Part shown: positions 9,901-19,527 of the stretch, in pieces
Layout: every line of letters begins with the position of its first letter
Numbering within the stretch: position 1 is the first letter of the stretch
Assembly (NCBI GenBank): GCA_963782915.1
Contig: CAWALK010000019.1
Coordinates: forward strand, 118,460-182,459
Direction of reading: 5' to 3'
Source of the DNA: an uncultured archaeon
GTDB lineage: Archaea; Thermoproteota; Bathyarchaeia; Bathyarchaeales; Bathycorpusculaceae
DNA: 64,000 bases
Notes under the pieces: model-generated
Databases searched by the model: none
What the model was told of the DNA's origin: nothing
What the model saw: the letters and a program-made list of their open reading frames with translations, nothing else
Program-made: the position numbers and the translations under genes

Positions 9901-10642
9901 TGAAATCAACATTGAACGCTGATTTGAGCATGCTAAATATTGCTTTATAGTGCTCTTCAGAAGGGGTCTTTGTTGTTTCCCTTTTGGTTATTTCACCGTG
10001 GATAATCTGGGGGTGTTCTGAAATTCGGGTTAATTCCTTGGCAATTGCTTCTGGAGATAAAACGAAATACGCTACTTCTGCTGATATGGCGCTCTGCGGC
10101 ATACCCGTGTATTGCGCGGTTTGGGGGTCCTGGACAAATGTTATGCCGCCTTCGTTTTTGATGGCTTTTAATCCTTCTGTTCCATCGGTGCCTGTTCCGC
10201 TAAGTACAACTCCGATTGCCTGAATTTTACGTGCGACGGCTAATGAAACAAGAAAATCATCGATACTTCTTAGGAGTTGCTCCCTTGGATGGAGCTGAAG
10301 AGTATTTCCCTCGAAAGTCATTGTTGTGTCTGGTGGAATAACGTAGACTTTGTTGGGTTCAACCGTTATGCCGTTGGTTACTTTGTGGACTGGCATGGTT
10401 GCGGAGCGGGATAGGATTTCGGTTAGCATGCTTACTTGGCCTGTTGCGAGGTGTTGGATTATTACGTAGGCGAATCCTGTGTTGGGTGAGAGGTTTTCCA
10501 GTAGGGTTTTTAGGGCTTCTAAGCCGCCCGCGGAGGAGCCTATGCCGACTATGGGGAAACTATTGATGGTTTTTTCTGCCGTTTCAGGCACCTTTTCGTC
10601 TAGTTTGATTTGCCCCTTTGGCTGTGCTGGTTGATTTATCAA
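6944..10642 (-). CDS. CheB methylesterase-CheR methyltransferase-PAS-histidine kinase fusion
   Basis: GSSAGG/IQHL/LSGTGTDG (CheB), GVTNFFR/GCSTGEE/SCRNVLIY (CheR), SSNEELQSTNEEL coil, HDIRNPL H-box, GQGFGL. Confidence 0.93.
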   Translation of the reverse strand: MINQPAQPKGQIKLDEKVPETAEKTINSFPIVGIGSSAGGLEALKTLLENLSPNTGFAYVIIQHLATGQVSMLTEILSRSATMPVHKVTNGITVEPNKVYVIPPDTTMTFEGNTLQLHPREQLLRSIDDFLVSLAVARKIQAIGVVLSGTGTDGTEGLKAIKNEGGITFVQDPQTAQYTGMPQSAISAEVAYFVLSPEAIAKELTRISEHPQIIHGEITKRETTKTPSEEHYKAIFSMLKSAFNVDFTHYKEATISRRITRRMVINHTDDIQNYINFLQSNPKELQALFSDMLIGVTNFFREPHTFDVLKERIFPEILRTKTPDAAIRIWVSGCSTGEEVYSIAIALQEFLELTSSTHQLVQIFATDINEKNIEKARQAVYPKTIETDVSENRLRKYFERINGSYQIAKYIRERCVFARQDLTRDPPFSNIDLVSCRNVLIYLDATLQERVIPILSYALKPNGYLMLGESESIGKFTDLFSPIEKKGAVFIKKKSPSQVTLGFESFQIPTPKTATIQLPKKDRLATIREEVDKIVISKYVPAMLLVNQNLNILLFRGNLSPYILPESGEASLNISKMLREEIKLEAQAGIYRVKRENKPVTIENLAFEINGVCKTINLDILPVTSKDFNDTFYLILFKESTNTAQTLAAETAPETLSRDKQMQELREELDSTKQSLQTIIEEEEGTNEELRAAMEEVQSSNEELQSTNEELETAREELQSSNEELKTLNDELQIRNADLARSNDDLTNLIKNIDMPIIMVDNDLKIRKFTLLSQEILGLIPTDVGRSIMNIRLNIPVNDLENMITSVVTRLTIVKLDLQDPKGRWYELRIRPYVTEQKKIDGAVIAFIDIDDIKQAQTRIQQDAEKYRALAENSPEVIVRFSSKLQFIYLSPSAKKILDIQPKEAVGKTINEVDILKGPSQQLIDSLSKVFEGKKAEKGEFELKTKKAIKIIQYNIAPETTKKGEVNFAVGIISEITELKKLENSLKQQTIKLEEIVRERTIELKKAERMAGIGETAGMIGHDIRNPLQSITGTVYLAKVEIDNLPEGESKNSLKESIDLIEQQTEYISKIAADLQDYAKPLCPEIKSSNIREIIDMALKTLKIPQNVQVSIRIPEASPKVLTDRSYLQRTLLNLFTNSVQAMPNGGKITISVEPKDGKIEVNVQDTGVGIPEGQKDLIFKPLFTTKAKGQGFGLAVCKRLMEAQNSSITFRSEQGRGATFTVELPVAGGAK

Positions 10643-10913
10643 CTGTTTTCCCCAAGAAAATTACTCCTTATCCTCTTAACCTGCAATGGTTAGATACATC
10701 TGTATCAGATACAAAATGTATTTGGGTTACTCCTTAAAGATTTATTGGATTTTAATTAAAAGCGTTTGCTCCACAACCAGTCTAAAACCTCCAATAAACG
10801 CCGAAATCAAAAGCGACCGCCAACAAGCCCACAGGAAGAAAATGAATAAAGTGGGGTCACTCAAATTATCTAATACTAAAACAAACCCCACACGGTCCCA
10901 AACCCGCGAATCT

Positions 10914-10926
10914 AGTCGCCTCTAAA
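10914..10926 (+). repeat. Dispersed core motif A
   Basis: AGTCGCCTCTAAA identical to 2616-2628. Confidence 0.55.
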
Positions 10927-11031
10927 ACAACTGCAGACAGAACCGCCTTAAAACCCAACAAACCCATAGACGCCCAAACAGAACGATTACAAACGTACAC
11001 TCCCCAAGCGCCCGCTAGGCAATTGTGGAGA

Positions 11032-11063
11032 CTATAAATAAGGGGGTAGGGCCCTTAGAGCAA
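11032..11063 (+). repeat. G-rich dispersed element B (degenerate)
   Basis: CTATAAATAAGGG identical to the minus strand of the 60490 copy, followed by GGTAGGGCCCTTAGAGCAA. Confidence 0.55.
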
Positions 11064-11199
11064 GCTAAAGACCTCACTCCTTTGAGTTGCCTGATGAAAG
11101 AAAAAACCTGATTAAGGTTGGTTCGGATTAGGCTAATTTATGGTATAGCTGAATCGATAAGGCATAAACAAAATAAAGAAGCCCTTTCAAGTATCTAAC

Positions 11200-11345
11200 A
11201 AGTAAGAGGGGCAAAAAGTTTAGCTAGGCGATCCTAACCCTGCGCTGCGCAAAGCAGAGGCTTAAAATAAGCAGGTGGGCATGAGCCTTCTCCTTCACCA
11301 GCAGTTGAACCGCCCAACTTGTTGGCTATCCCTTGCATTCCTATC
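11200..11345 (-). ncRNA. Candidate structured ncRNA, related to the 63684-63922 element
   Basis: Minus-strand TTTATATC at 11366-11373, hairpins AGTTG/CAACT, CTCTGC/GCAGGG and TAGG/CCTA, then a U-rich tract; shared motifs with the 63.7 kb element. Confidence 0.4.
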
Positions 11346-11619
11346 AACAGCTAACCCGATTTAGGGATATAAAGAAATGTGGTTACACCCTGATGCAACA
11401 AACATTCGCACATCAGGCATGGAATAGCTGTAAAAGATGGTTACATAACGCTTAAAATAGAAACAAACAACAGCAAACTTTGAGTCAATAAGCGCAATCT
11501 CAACCATCCAAAACCAAAATATCTTTCTCCATTTTAAAGAGACATGTTAGTGCAAACTATAAATAAAAACACAAGACACAGCATTACATACAGAAACAAT
11601 TTTTTTGGGGAGCCCACCC

Positions 11620-11856
11620 ATGAACAGAAATGAGGCAGTCACTTATCTAAAAGAACTTCTAAACCAATGTAACGATATGTCACCAAACGCTGTATCGTTT
11701 GACCAGCTAAGAACCAACGGCTCCATAGATTACAGTGTACACATCCGAGGCAGCATCGCCGAATCCGACAGGCAAATTGTGCGTGATATAGCTAAAAAGC
11801 AGGGTTTCGCAGTGAAGGATAACTCGGATGGCGTAATAATTTTTAACCCTACATGA
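11620..11856 (+). CDS. Small hypothetical protein (MNxxEA... family, paralogue of 51117 and possibly 32644)
   Basis: MNRNEAVTYLKELL...YSVHI...RDIAKKQGFAVKD...GVIIFNP aligns with the 51117 ORF. Confidence 0.8.
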   Translation: MNRNEAVTYLKELLNQCNDMSPNAVSFDQLRTNGSIDYSVHIRGSIAESDRQIVRDIAKKQGFAVKDNSDGVIIFNPT

Positions 11857-11974
11857 AACGCTTAAACGCTGTGCCACATTGGGGGCACTTGTAGAGTTCG
11901 ATGCAGAACGCTGAATTCTCGATTTTCCGTTCGGGCGAGGATATGGAGCGACCGCAGTGGGGACAATTTACCAT
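11849..11974 (-). CDS. CPxCG zinc-ribbon microprotein (Cren7-like spacing), 41 aa
   Basis: MVNCPHCGRSISSPERKIENSAFCIELYKCPQCGTAFKRFM. Confidence 0.8.
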   Translation of the reverse strand: MVNCPHCGRSISSPERKIENSAFCIELYKCPQCGTAFKRFM

Positions 11975-12069
11975 GCAAACAACACTTTTCAAAAATGAGC
12001 GCACCTGATGAGATAAAAGGGTATGTTGTAACTTTGTAGTAATCACAAATCTTTAACAAAAACTGCCGT

Positions 12070-12663
12070 TTAGGCTTTGGCGGTTTTTAGCCACTCCAAA
12101 AAGCCCTCACGAACCGCAGCTGGATTCTCAAATACTCTTACATCTTCGGTTGCCATTAATTTGCGCACTTGATCAGCCTCTTCTTTGCGTACCCGCAGCT
12201 TCATCTCTTTACCATTGGGCAATTTAGTGTAGATTATGCTCTCTTTAAAATCCACCGGCATAATCCAAACAGGAACAAAGGCTTTGAGGCTCATAAGCGC
12301 CGCATTCGTAAGCAACGTATCGCTGATACTGTTAACAATCTTAGCAACAGTATTCGACGAAGCAGGCATAATCAGCAAAAACTCGTACTTGTGACTCTGC
12401 ACCATACCTGCCAGAAAAGGCGAATTAGAATTCTGCTCCACCCAAACCTTAGCAAAACTCTTCTTAAGATCCTCATCCAAACGGTAAAACTTGAGCATAA
12501 TATCCGCAGCTTTAGAAAGATAAACATCGAATTCCACGACACCCTCAGTTTGCTTCTGCAGCTCCTTCATGGTTTCAACGATTTCTTGAATCTTATCGCC
12601 GGCACCCGTGATGCCCCAGGCAATTTTCAGTTTTTTAGGTTTAACTTCACTCATACTATTCAC
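12070..12663 (-). CDS. afpA: Archaeoflavoprotein AfpA
   Basis: KIAWGITGAG, PASSNTVAKIVNSISDTLLTNA, KLPNGK...LRVRKE. Confidence 0.88.
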   Translation of the reverse strand: MNSMSEVKPKKLKIAWGITGAGDKIQEIVETMKELQKQTEGVVEFDVYLSKAADIMLKFYRLDEDLKKSFAKVWVEQNSNSPFLAGMVQSHKYEFLLIMPASSNTVAKIVNSISDTLLTNAALMSLKAFVPVWIMPVDFKESIIYTKLPNGKEMKLRVRKEEADQVRKLMATEDVRVFENPAAVREGFLEWLKTAKA

Positions 12664-12672
12664 CAGTTACCG

Positions 12673-13266
12673 TTACTTTTTGCAGTAAAGCTCCATGTAC
12701 TCAGCAAAATGCTTCACAGTCTTTTTGAGGCCACGTGCACCTTCCTCATCCAACTTTACTCCCTCAAGCGTATCTTTACTCCAATAGTTCGCGCCTAAAT
12801 TTGCGCCGAAAGGTCCGCCCCCGACGGGTATCATGCCGTTGATGAGATAGAAAGTGTGGATTTGCCACTGCGCCAACTCTTGACCGCCAGCCCTATCGCC
12901 GCCGACGGTGATGCCCATGCCGATTTTGCCCTTGAAAAAGTTTTTATCAGCTGCTGAGAGTGAGCGCGTTCGGTCCATAACGGTTTTGATTTGTGCACTG
13001 ACTCCACCATTGTAGACTGGCGACGCAAAAATTATGCCTTTTGCTTTGGCCAGTAATTCGTAGAGTTCTTCCATGTCATCTTGGATTTGACAATTCTTCT
13101 CCTTTAAACAAAAGTCACAATGCGTACAATATTCAAGCCATTTACCCCGAACAGTCCAAAGCGCTGTTTCAAAGCCTTTCTCCTTCAACATTGCGAGTGC
13201 TTGTTCAAGGACATATTCGGTGGCTTGTTTGCGTGGACTACCGCATATACCAACAATCAAGGTCAT
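12673..13266 (-). CDS. Iron-sulfur flavoprotein (Isf / NADPH-dependent FMN reductase family)
   Basis: GSPRK, CTHCDFC...C-IQDDM, SPVYNGG, GGDRAGGQE. Confidence 0.88.
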   Translation of the reverse strand: MTLIVGICGSPRKQATEYVLEQALAMLKEKGFETALWTVRGKWLEYCTHCDFCLKEKNCQIQDDMEELYELLAKAKGIIFASPVYNGGVSAQIKTVMDRTRSLSAADKNFFKGKIGMGITVGGDRAGGQELAQWQIHTFYLINGMIPVGGGPFGANLGANYWSKDTLEGVKLDEEGARGLKKTVKHFAEYMELYCKK

Positions 13267-13421
13267 AAAGCAACCACTAAATCTTAAGCATCAATACCCA
13301 TTAAAGCCTTACCCCACTGCACCACCGAAAGTAACTGTGAGTAAGCAGTCACACAACTTTATGTTACCCAAATAAGCAACTAAACATGTTTAGGCGTTTC
13401 TTTCTTTTAGGAGGTGAATTT

Positions 13422-13772
13422 TTGGTTAAAATCTACGGTAAGGATGGTAAAGAAACAAAGTTTGACAGAAAAGACGTCGAGGACAACCTTAAAGCGGCTG
13501 GTTTACCAGAACGGGTCGCTCAAGAAGTAGCCGAACGTGTGGAAATGAGAATGGCAGACGGTTGGACAACTGAGAAATTAAATGAGGAAATCGATGTTGA
13601 ATTAAGACGCCTCCAAGAAGACATCGACCGAGCACATGCCACCTACAAAGGCTCGACTTCTATGGGTGCGTATAATGTTGGTGAAACGCGAACTTGGCGG
13701 GATAGCGACAATTCTCCAAATGCGCAGCCACGTTCAGAGACTAAGGTTGAATGCAGAAATGTCGAGGGATAA
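13422..13772 (+). CDS. Stand-alone ATP-cone domain protein
   Basis: GGAGGTGA RBS before TTG 13422; VKIYGKDGKETKFDRKDVEDNLKAAG...AQEVAERV. Confidence 0.7.
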   Translation: MVKIYGKDGKETKFDRKDVEDNLKAAGLPERVAQEVAERVEMRMADGWTTEKLNEEIDVELRRLQEDIDRAHATYKGSTSMGAYNVGETRTWRDSDNSPNAQPRSETKVECRNVEG

Positions 13773-13860
13773 AATTAAAGCTAAAAGCGAAAACAGAGCT
13801 TTAATTGATCTTTTTTAAAATAAAAACAAAAAATAAAATGTTAGGGAAGAGAAGAGTGGA

Positions 13861-16076
13861 TTACTCGTTCTCGAAGTATTCTTCTGCCTTTGGCGCAACT
13901 GGTGGTAAGCCTCTGCGCTCGCGAATCTTTTTGATTGTGTCTGCTTGCATCTGTTCTGGAACGTATGCCCATCTGCTGAACTGTGTTGCCCAGAAAGCTC
14001 TGCCTGAAGTTGAACCACGAAGTTCATCAGCAATGCCGAAGCTTTCGGAAACTGGCATTTCAGCTTTCACAGTGATTATGTCATCTTCTGAGGGCATGTC
14101 GAGGATTTTTCCGCGGCGTTTGTTTAGCATTGTAATGACGGAGCTGACGTATTCGCTTGGAACTTTGCATTCGAAACTCATCAGTGGCTCAAGCAGTTTT
14201 GGATTGCTAAGTAGGATTGCGCAGTAGATTGGTCTCCAGGTCATTGGGATGGCTTGTGCGGGGCCCCGGTGGACTGGGTCTTCGTGGAGGGTAATGTCTT
14301 CTAGGTTGATTTTTAGTCCGTAAGCTGGCTCTTTGGCAAGGGTGAAGTGTGTACTGCTTCTCGGAAACCGCCTTTTATGTGGTCGATGATTTCTTCTACG
14401 TATTGGCGTCCACGGATACGGTTGCAGAGTATACAGTTTTCTTCTACTGCAACTGCTCCTTTGGCATCGTCTGGATCCCAACCCATGGTGCGGAGAATTT
14501 TTGTGCGTTCGTCTTTGCTTTGCATGTCGTTAATTTTGTCGGATTTTATGGCTTCGATGACTTCGTCAGATAGCTTATCGATGGTTATCCAGAGTTTGTT
14601 ATGTTTGTTGGGGCTTTTACCCATGATTGCTGGACCCTTGTAGTCATGGCTGATGGTTTCTCTGAAGATGACGATTGGTTTGCTGAGTTTGACTTTGAGG
14701 CCTGCTTCTTGCATTCGGTAAGCGGTGATTTCAAGGTGGAGTTCGCCCATGCCTGAGAGTAGGAATTCGCCTGATTCTTTGTTCATAGTGAAGTGCAAGT
14801 TGGGGTCTTCGGTGGTGAGTTTGTGCATGACTTTGTCGAAGAGTGGTAGGTCTTTGACGTCTTCTGGTTCTACTGCTACGGTGACGACTGGGTCAGAGAC
14901 ATAGCGTAGGCCTTCGAAAGAGTGAACTTCGATTCCTGCTTCAGCGATGGTTTCGCCGACGTGTAATGCGGGTAAGCCTGAGATAGCGCCGATGTTGCCT
15001 GCTGGGACACGGTCGATGAAGACTCGGTCAGTTGCCATGGACATGAAGACCTGTTGGATTGTGCCTTTTGAGTTGCCGCTGACTAGTTGGACTTCTTTGC
15101 CTTTGGTGATTGCGCCGCTAAAGATTCTGCCGATGGCTACTGTGCCGCTGTGTGGGTCTACTTCGATGGTGGATATGCACATGAGTAGTGGTGCTTCTGG
15201 GTCGACTTTTGCCATGCCGATACCGGTTGCAGATGTTACGTCGCCTGGCCAAATCTGTGGCTGTCTGTATGGTTGTGCTTGGTATGGGTTGGGTAAGTGT
15301 TGGCAGAACATGTCAAGGATTGGTTCTGGAAGGGGTGCTTTCTTGCTGAGTTCGTCGACTTTGCGTCCAACGTCAATTGGGTCACCAGTGTAGGCGTCGA
15401 TGATGTCTTGGAAGCTGACTTTCTTCATCTTCATGTGGTCAAGGTTTAAACCCCACTTGTGCAGGGCTGAACCGAAAGCAACACGACTGTCTTCGATGCG
15501 TACTTGCCAGTCTTGTTTGTGTTCTGCTGGAGCGTACTTCTCGATTAGAGTGTTAACTCTTAGGAGAATCTTTGCGAATTTCTTCTGAATCTCAGCTGGT
15601 GTTAATTTGATTTCTTTGATTAAGCGGTCAACTTTGTTGATGAATAGAATTGGTTTAACACGTTCTCGTAGAGCTTGCATAAGGACGGTTTCTGTTTGGG
15701 TCATTGGTCCTTCTACTGCGTCTACTACGACGAGTGCGCCGTCGACTGCTCTTAGGCTTCTGGTAACTGCGCCTGAGAAGTCGATGTGGCCGGGTGTGTC
15801 GATTAGGTTAATGAGGTAATCTTGTCCGTTGAAAGTGTGGACTAAGCTGACGTTTGAGGCGAAAACGGTCATTTGACGTTTTTGCTCAAGATCCCATGAG
15901 TCAAGGAATAGTTTTTGTCCTGCAGTCTGTGTGCTAATGATGCCTGCATGAGCCAAAAGACTGTCTGATAGGGTTGTTTTTCCGTGGTCAACGTGTGCGA
16001 TGATGCTGGTGTTGCGAATAATCGTTGGGTTATTCATCAGTTTAACTATTTCGTCTGTTTGTCTATAACGCGCCAT
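13861..16076 (-). CDS. fusA: Translation elongation factor EF-2, probably a paralogue outside the S12/S7 cluster; split by a 1-nt indel near 14340
   Basis: AHVDHGKTT, DTPGHIDF, NKVD, GMGELHL, KSPNKHNK and HEDPVHRGPAQ; one extra C in the minus-strand CCC run joins the two ORFs as HTSPLAKEPAYG. Confidence 0.9.
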
Positions 16077-16709
16077 AATTATGCGTTCTCCATTTTGTAT
16101 GAAATTTTACTTTTAAATGCTTGTTTTTTGATTATTTGAAGCATTATTTGATCTCTCATGAAAGTGGTAAACTACAGGGAAATTGAGTTTGTAGCCTATT
16201 AACTTTATGGCAATAATTTTTGAAACAATTGGGCACAAAACACCCCCTAAAACCAAGCCGAAAAGGGTTTTTCGATAGCAACTTAACTATAGAACGCACG
16301 TTTTATCAAGCAAGATAGCGATTGAGTGGACTTTGCAAGATGGCAAAGCCTAATTCGCAAAAAGGAATAAATCTACTTTGATTTTCTATAGACAAAGAAA
16401 AAGTGTTGTTTAAGGAGAAAAAAACAGTTGCACAGCCAAGCTCTTGCAGTTAATGCATGTTTAAAGTTGTCTTTTTCGCGGTTAAAGGAGCCTTTGTCCC
16501 CGATTAGTTTAAATGCAACATTGCCCAATAACCAAAAATTAATCCTTAAAAAATTGACTATGTAAACGCTGAGGATATGAATGCGCCCTAATACAGTTTC
16601 AGTGCATGGGAATAATAAATTCTTTAATTACCCCTTAACTCCAACCGTTGTATTTATCATTGGAGTTATTCATAACTCGCCGGTTTTCTGAGGTTTTGGC
16701 GGAATAAGT

Positions 16710-19478
16710 TTGGAAAAAGCAGCATCTAAGCCGATTGAAGGGGTTTTCGAGGACCTACAAACATCACCCGAAGGTCTGTCAAGTCAAGAGGCTAAACTAC
16801 GTCTCAAAAAATATGGTTATAACAAATTGTCTGAACGCAGACAACTTCCATTCATAAACAAATTCATCAAGCATCTTCGAGATCTCTTTGGTATACTATT
16901 GATTTTCGCAGCTATACTATCATTCGCTAGCGATAGCCCTCAACTGGGTATCATTATTTTGGCAGTAGTTTTCGTTAACATTTTAGTTAGCATGTTCCAA
17001 GAATCCCGTGCAGAAAAAGCCATGGCGTCCCTAAAGAGTTGGATGCCGGAGTACGCTAAAGTTGTCCGCGACGGGCAATTAATAAAGATTCAAGTAAAAG
17101 AAATCGTTCCAGGGGACATCATCTCTCTAGAAGAGGGTGATCGTGTTCCAGCAGATGCAAGATTAATTGAAGCATTTGACTTATGGACTAACAACGTTCC
17201 CTTAACAGGCGAATCTGAGCCGCAACCCCGTGTTGCTGAAGCAGTTAAAACGGTTGAGAAAGCCTACCTGTACTCTCCTAACTTAGTCTTTATGAGTACC
17301 AGTGTGGCAAAAGGTCAGGGTAAAGCTGTTGCTTACGCCACAGGTATGGGTACACAGTTTGGTAAAATTGCCAGTTTAACCCAGACAATACAAGAGGAAG
17401 ATAGCCCACTACAGAAAGAAATTGCGTCTACAGCTAAATTCGACTTCATAATCGCGGTTGTTGTCGGCGTTGTTTTCTTCGCTGTAAATGCTGTGTTTTT
17501 ACAGGTTTCTCTCGCTACAAGTTTTCTATTCATGATCGGTGTAATGGTTGCTTGTGTTCCAGAAGGCTTGCAAGTCACAGTTTCAAGCGCCTTAGCCATT
17601 AACGTTCTCAAAATGGTCAAACAGCATGTTCTGGTCAAACGGTTATCTGCCGTACAAACACTTGGCAGCGTAACCGTAATTTGCACTGATAAAACAGGCA
17701 CTATCACCAAAGGAGAAATGACAGTTAACAAGCTCTGGGTTAAAGACAGAGTTGTTGAAGTTTCAGGTTTAGGTTACATGCCAGTGGGCGACTTCACCAT
17801 AAACGGCCAGTCTCTCCGTGAAGGGGAAACAAAATCGCTTGATAAACTCCTTGAAATTGCCGCGTTATGCAACGGCGCAAAAGTTGAGCCTCCATCCGAC
17901 CGCAACAAGAATTGGAGTGTTATCGGTGACCCAACTGATGGTGCATTGTTTGTTGCAGCACTAAAGTATGGCCAAGTTGTCGATGAACTAGTTGAAGAGA
18001 AACCAACCATCGACATTTTACCGTTTAGCTTTGAACGCAAACGCATGAGTACTGTTCACCAAGTTAACGGAAACGTTCTAATCTACACTAAAGGTGCGCC
18101 GAGGAACATCCTTGATTTATGCACTCAAATCTATGTTGACGGCAAAATTGAGCCTCTAACACAGGAATACTTGGATAGCACAGAGAATCGTATCCTTGAA
18201 TTCGCTAATGAAGGCTTACGCGTTATCGCAATGGCCTTCAAAGAGATGCCCAAAGATCAATACCACAAGGGCGAAGACGTAGAAAACAACCTCATATTCG
18301 TCGGTTTAGCCGGCATGCGTGATCCACCTCGCGTCGAAGTTAAAGATGCGGTGGAGAAAGCATTTCAGGCTGGTATCCGAACAGTCATAATCACTGGTGA
18401 CTATGGCCCAACCGCGCAGGTTATCGCACAAGAAGTAGGCATCGTGGACAAAATAAGCGGGCATGTAATCCGCGGCGTAGACCTAGACGAATTAGACGAT
18501 AAAGCCATAGTTGACGAAGTCAAAAAGGGCAATGTAATATTTGCCAGAGTTGCTCCTGAACAAAAACTCCGCATAGTCAAAGCTCTTAAGAAAAGCGGTG
18601 AAATCGTTGCAGTTACGGGCGATGGAGCCAACGATGCCCCCTCACTCAAAGAAGCAAACATCGGAGTTGCCATGGGTGCTTCAGGAACCGATGTTGCAAG
18701 AGAAGCAGCCGACATAGTCCTACTTAATGACAGTTTTGCTTCAATCGTTAAAGCCGTCGAATCCGGCCGCGCAATCTATGAGAACATCCGCAAATTCATC
18801 GTTTACGTATTCGCACATAACTGGGCCGAACTCATCCCCTTCGTGCTCTACGCATTATTGGGCATTCCTTTGCCGTTGTTGGTGGTGCAGGTTTTAGCTA
18901 TCGACTTAGCAATCGACGTCATACCCAGTTTAGCTTTGAGCCGTGAACCACCGGAAGCAGGAATCATGTTGGAACCGCCCAGAAGCATCAAAGAACGCCT
19001 CTTTACGCCCAAAGTCTTTGGTCGTTCACTCTACATTGGCATAATCATAGCTATAGGCGCAATGATTGGCTGCTTGAATGTTTGGATGGCCGGCGGCTGG
19101 CATTATGGCTTGACCCTTGCACCAAACGATCCCATCTACATCAAAGGAGTAACCATGACCTTTGCAGGCATAGTTGTTGCTCAAGCAGGAAACGTCTTAG
19201 CATGCCGAACCAGCAAACAATCCATCTTCAAAACCAGCTTAGCCAAGAACAAATGGATAATCTGGGGCATGATTGCACAGCTTTCCATCTTAGCAGTCAT
19301 CGTCTATGTGCCTCTACTGCAGGGGGTATTCGGAACCACAGGTTTAGGTTACATGGATTGGTTGTATCTGCTGGGCTTGGCGGTTGCTGTAATTGTAGCT
19401 GAGGAAGCAAGAAAACTTATTGTGCGCCGATTCTTCACGCGAACAGGTGAAGACATCGTCAAACATGACCATACCTAA
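16710..19478 (+). CDS. Cation-transporting P-type ATPase (type II)
   Basis: TGES, VPEGL, DKTGT, KGAP, DPPR, TGDGANDAP. Confidence 0.95.
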   Translation: MEKAASKPIEGVFEDLQTSPEGLSSQEAKLRLKKYGYNKLSERRQLPFINKFIKHLRDLFGILLIFAAILSFASDSPQLGIIILAVVFVNILVSMFQESRAEKAMASLKSWMPEYAKVVRDGQLIKIQVKEIVPGDIISLEEGDRVPADARLIEAFDLWTNNVPLTGESEPQPRVAEAVKTVEKAYLYSPNLVFMSTSVAKGQGKAVAYATGMGTQFGKIASLTQTIQEEDSPLQKEIASTAKFDFIIAVVVGVVFFAVNAVFLQVSLATSFLFMIGVMVACVPEGLQVTVSSALAINVLKMVKQHVLVKRLSAVQTLGSVTVICTDKTGTITKGEMTVNKLWVKDRVVEVSGLGYMPVGDFTINGQSLREGETKSLDKLLEIAALCNGAKVEPPSDRNKNWSVIGDPTDGALFVAALKYGQVVDELVEEKPTIDILPFSFERKRMSTVHQVNGNVLIYTKGAPRNILDLCTQIYVDGKIEPLTQEYLDSTENRILEFANEGLRVIAMAFKEMPKDQYHKGEDVENNLIFVGLAGMRDPPRVEVKDAVEKAFQAGIRTVIITGDYGPTAQVIAQEVGIVDKISGHVIRGVDLDELDDKAIVDEVKKGNVIFARVAPEQKLRIVKALKKSGEIVAVTGDGANDAPSLKEANIGVAMGASGTDVAREAADIVLLNDSFASIVKAVESGRAIYENIRKFIVYVFAHNWAELIPFVLYALLGIPLPLLVVQVLAIDLAIDVIPSLALSREPPEAGIMLEPPRSIKERLFTPKVFGRSLYIGIIIAIGAMIGCLNVWMAGGWHYGLTLAPNDPIYIKGVTMTFAGIVVAQAGNVLACRTSKQSIFKTSLAKNKWIIWGMIAQLSILAVIVYVPLLQGVFGTTGLGYMDWLYLLGLAVAVIVAEEARKLIVRRFFTRTGEDIVKHDHT

Positions 19479-19527
19479 GTTTTTTATTCTTGGGTTTTTT
19501 AAAGAAAAGAATGGGTTCCTTATTTCC

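Noticed and set aside
7434-10223. Numerous plus-strand ORFs inside the CheBR kinase, and similar ones inside EF-2 and the ATPase
   Set aside because: Antisense shadow frames of well-supported genes, with no motifs.
11145-11360. c-di-AMP (GCTGAATC...CAGCTAAC) or c-di-GMP-I (GGCAAA...GCAAAGC) riboswitch on the plus strand
   Set aside because: Isolated motif words are present, but the required helices and the central GGGGTGAATC or GAAA tetraloop are missing.
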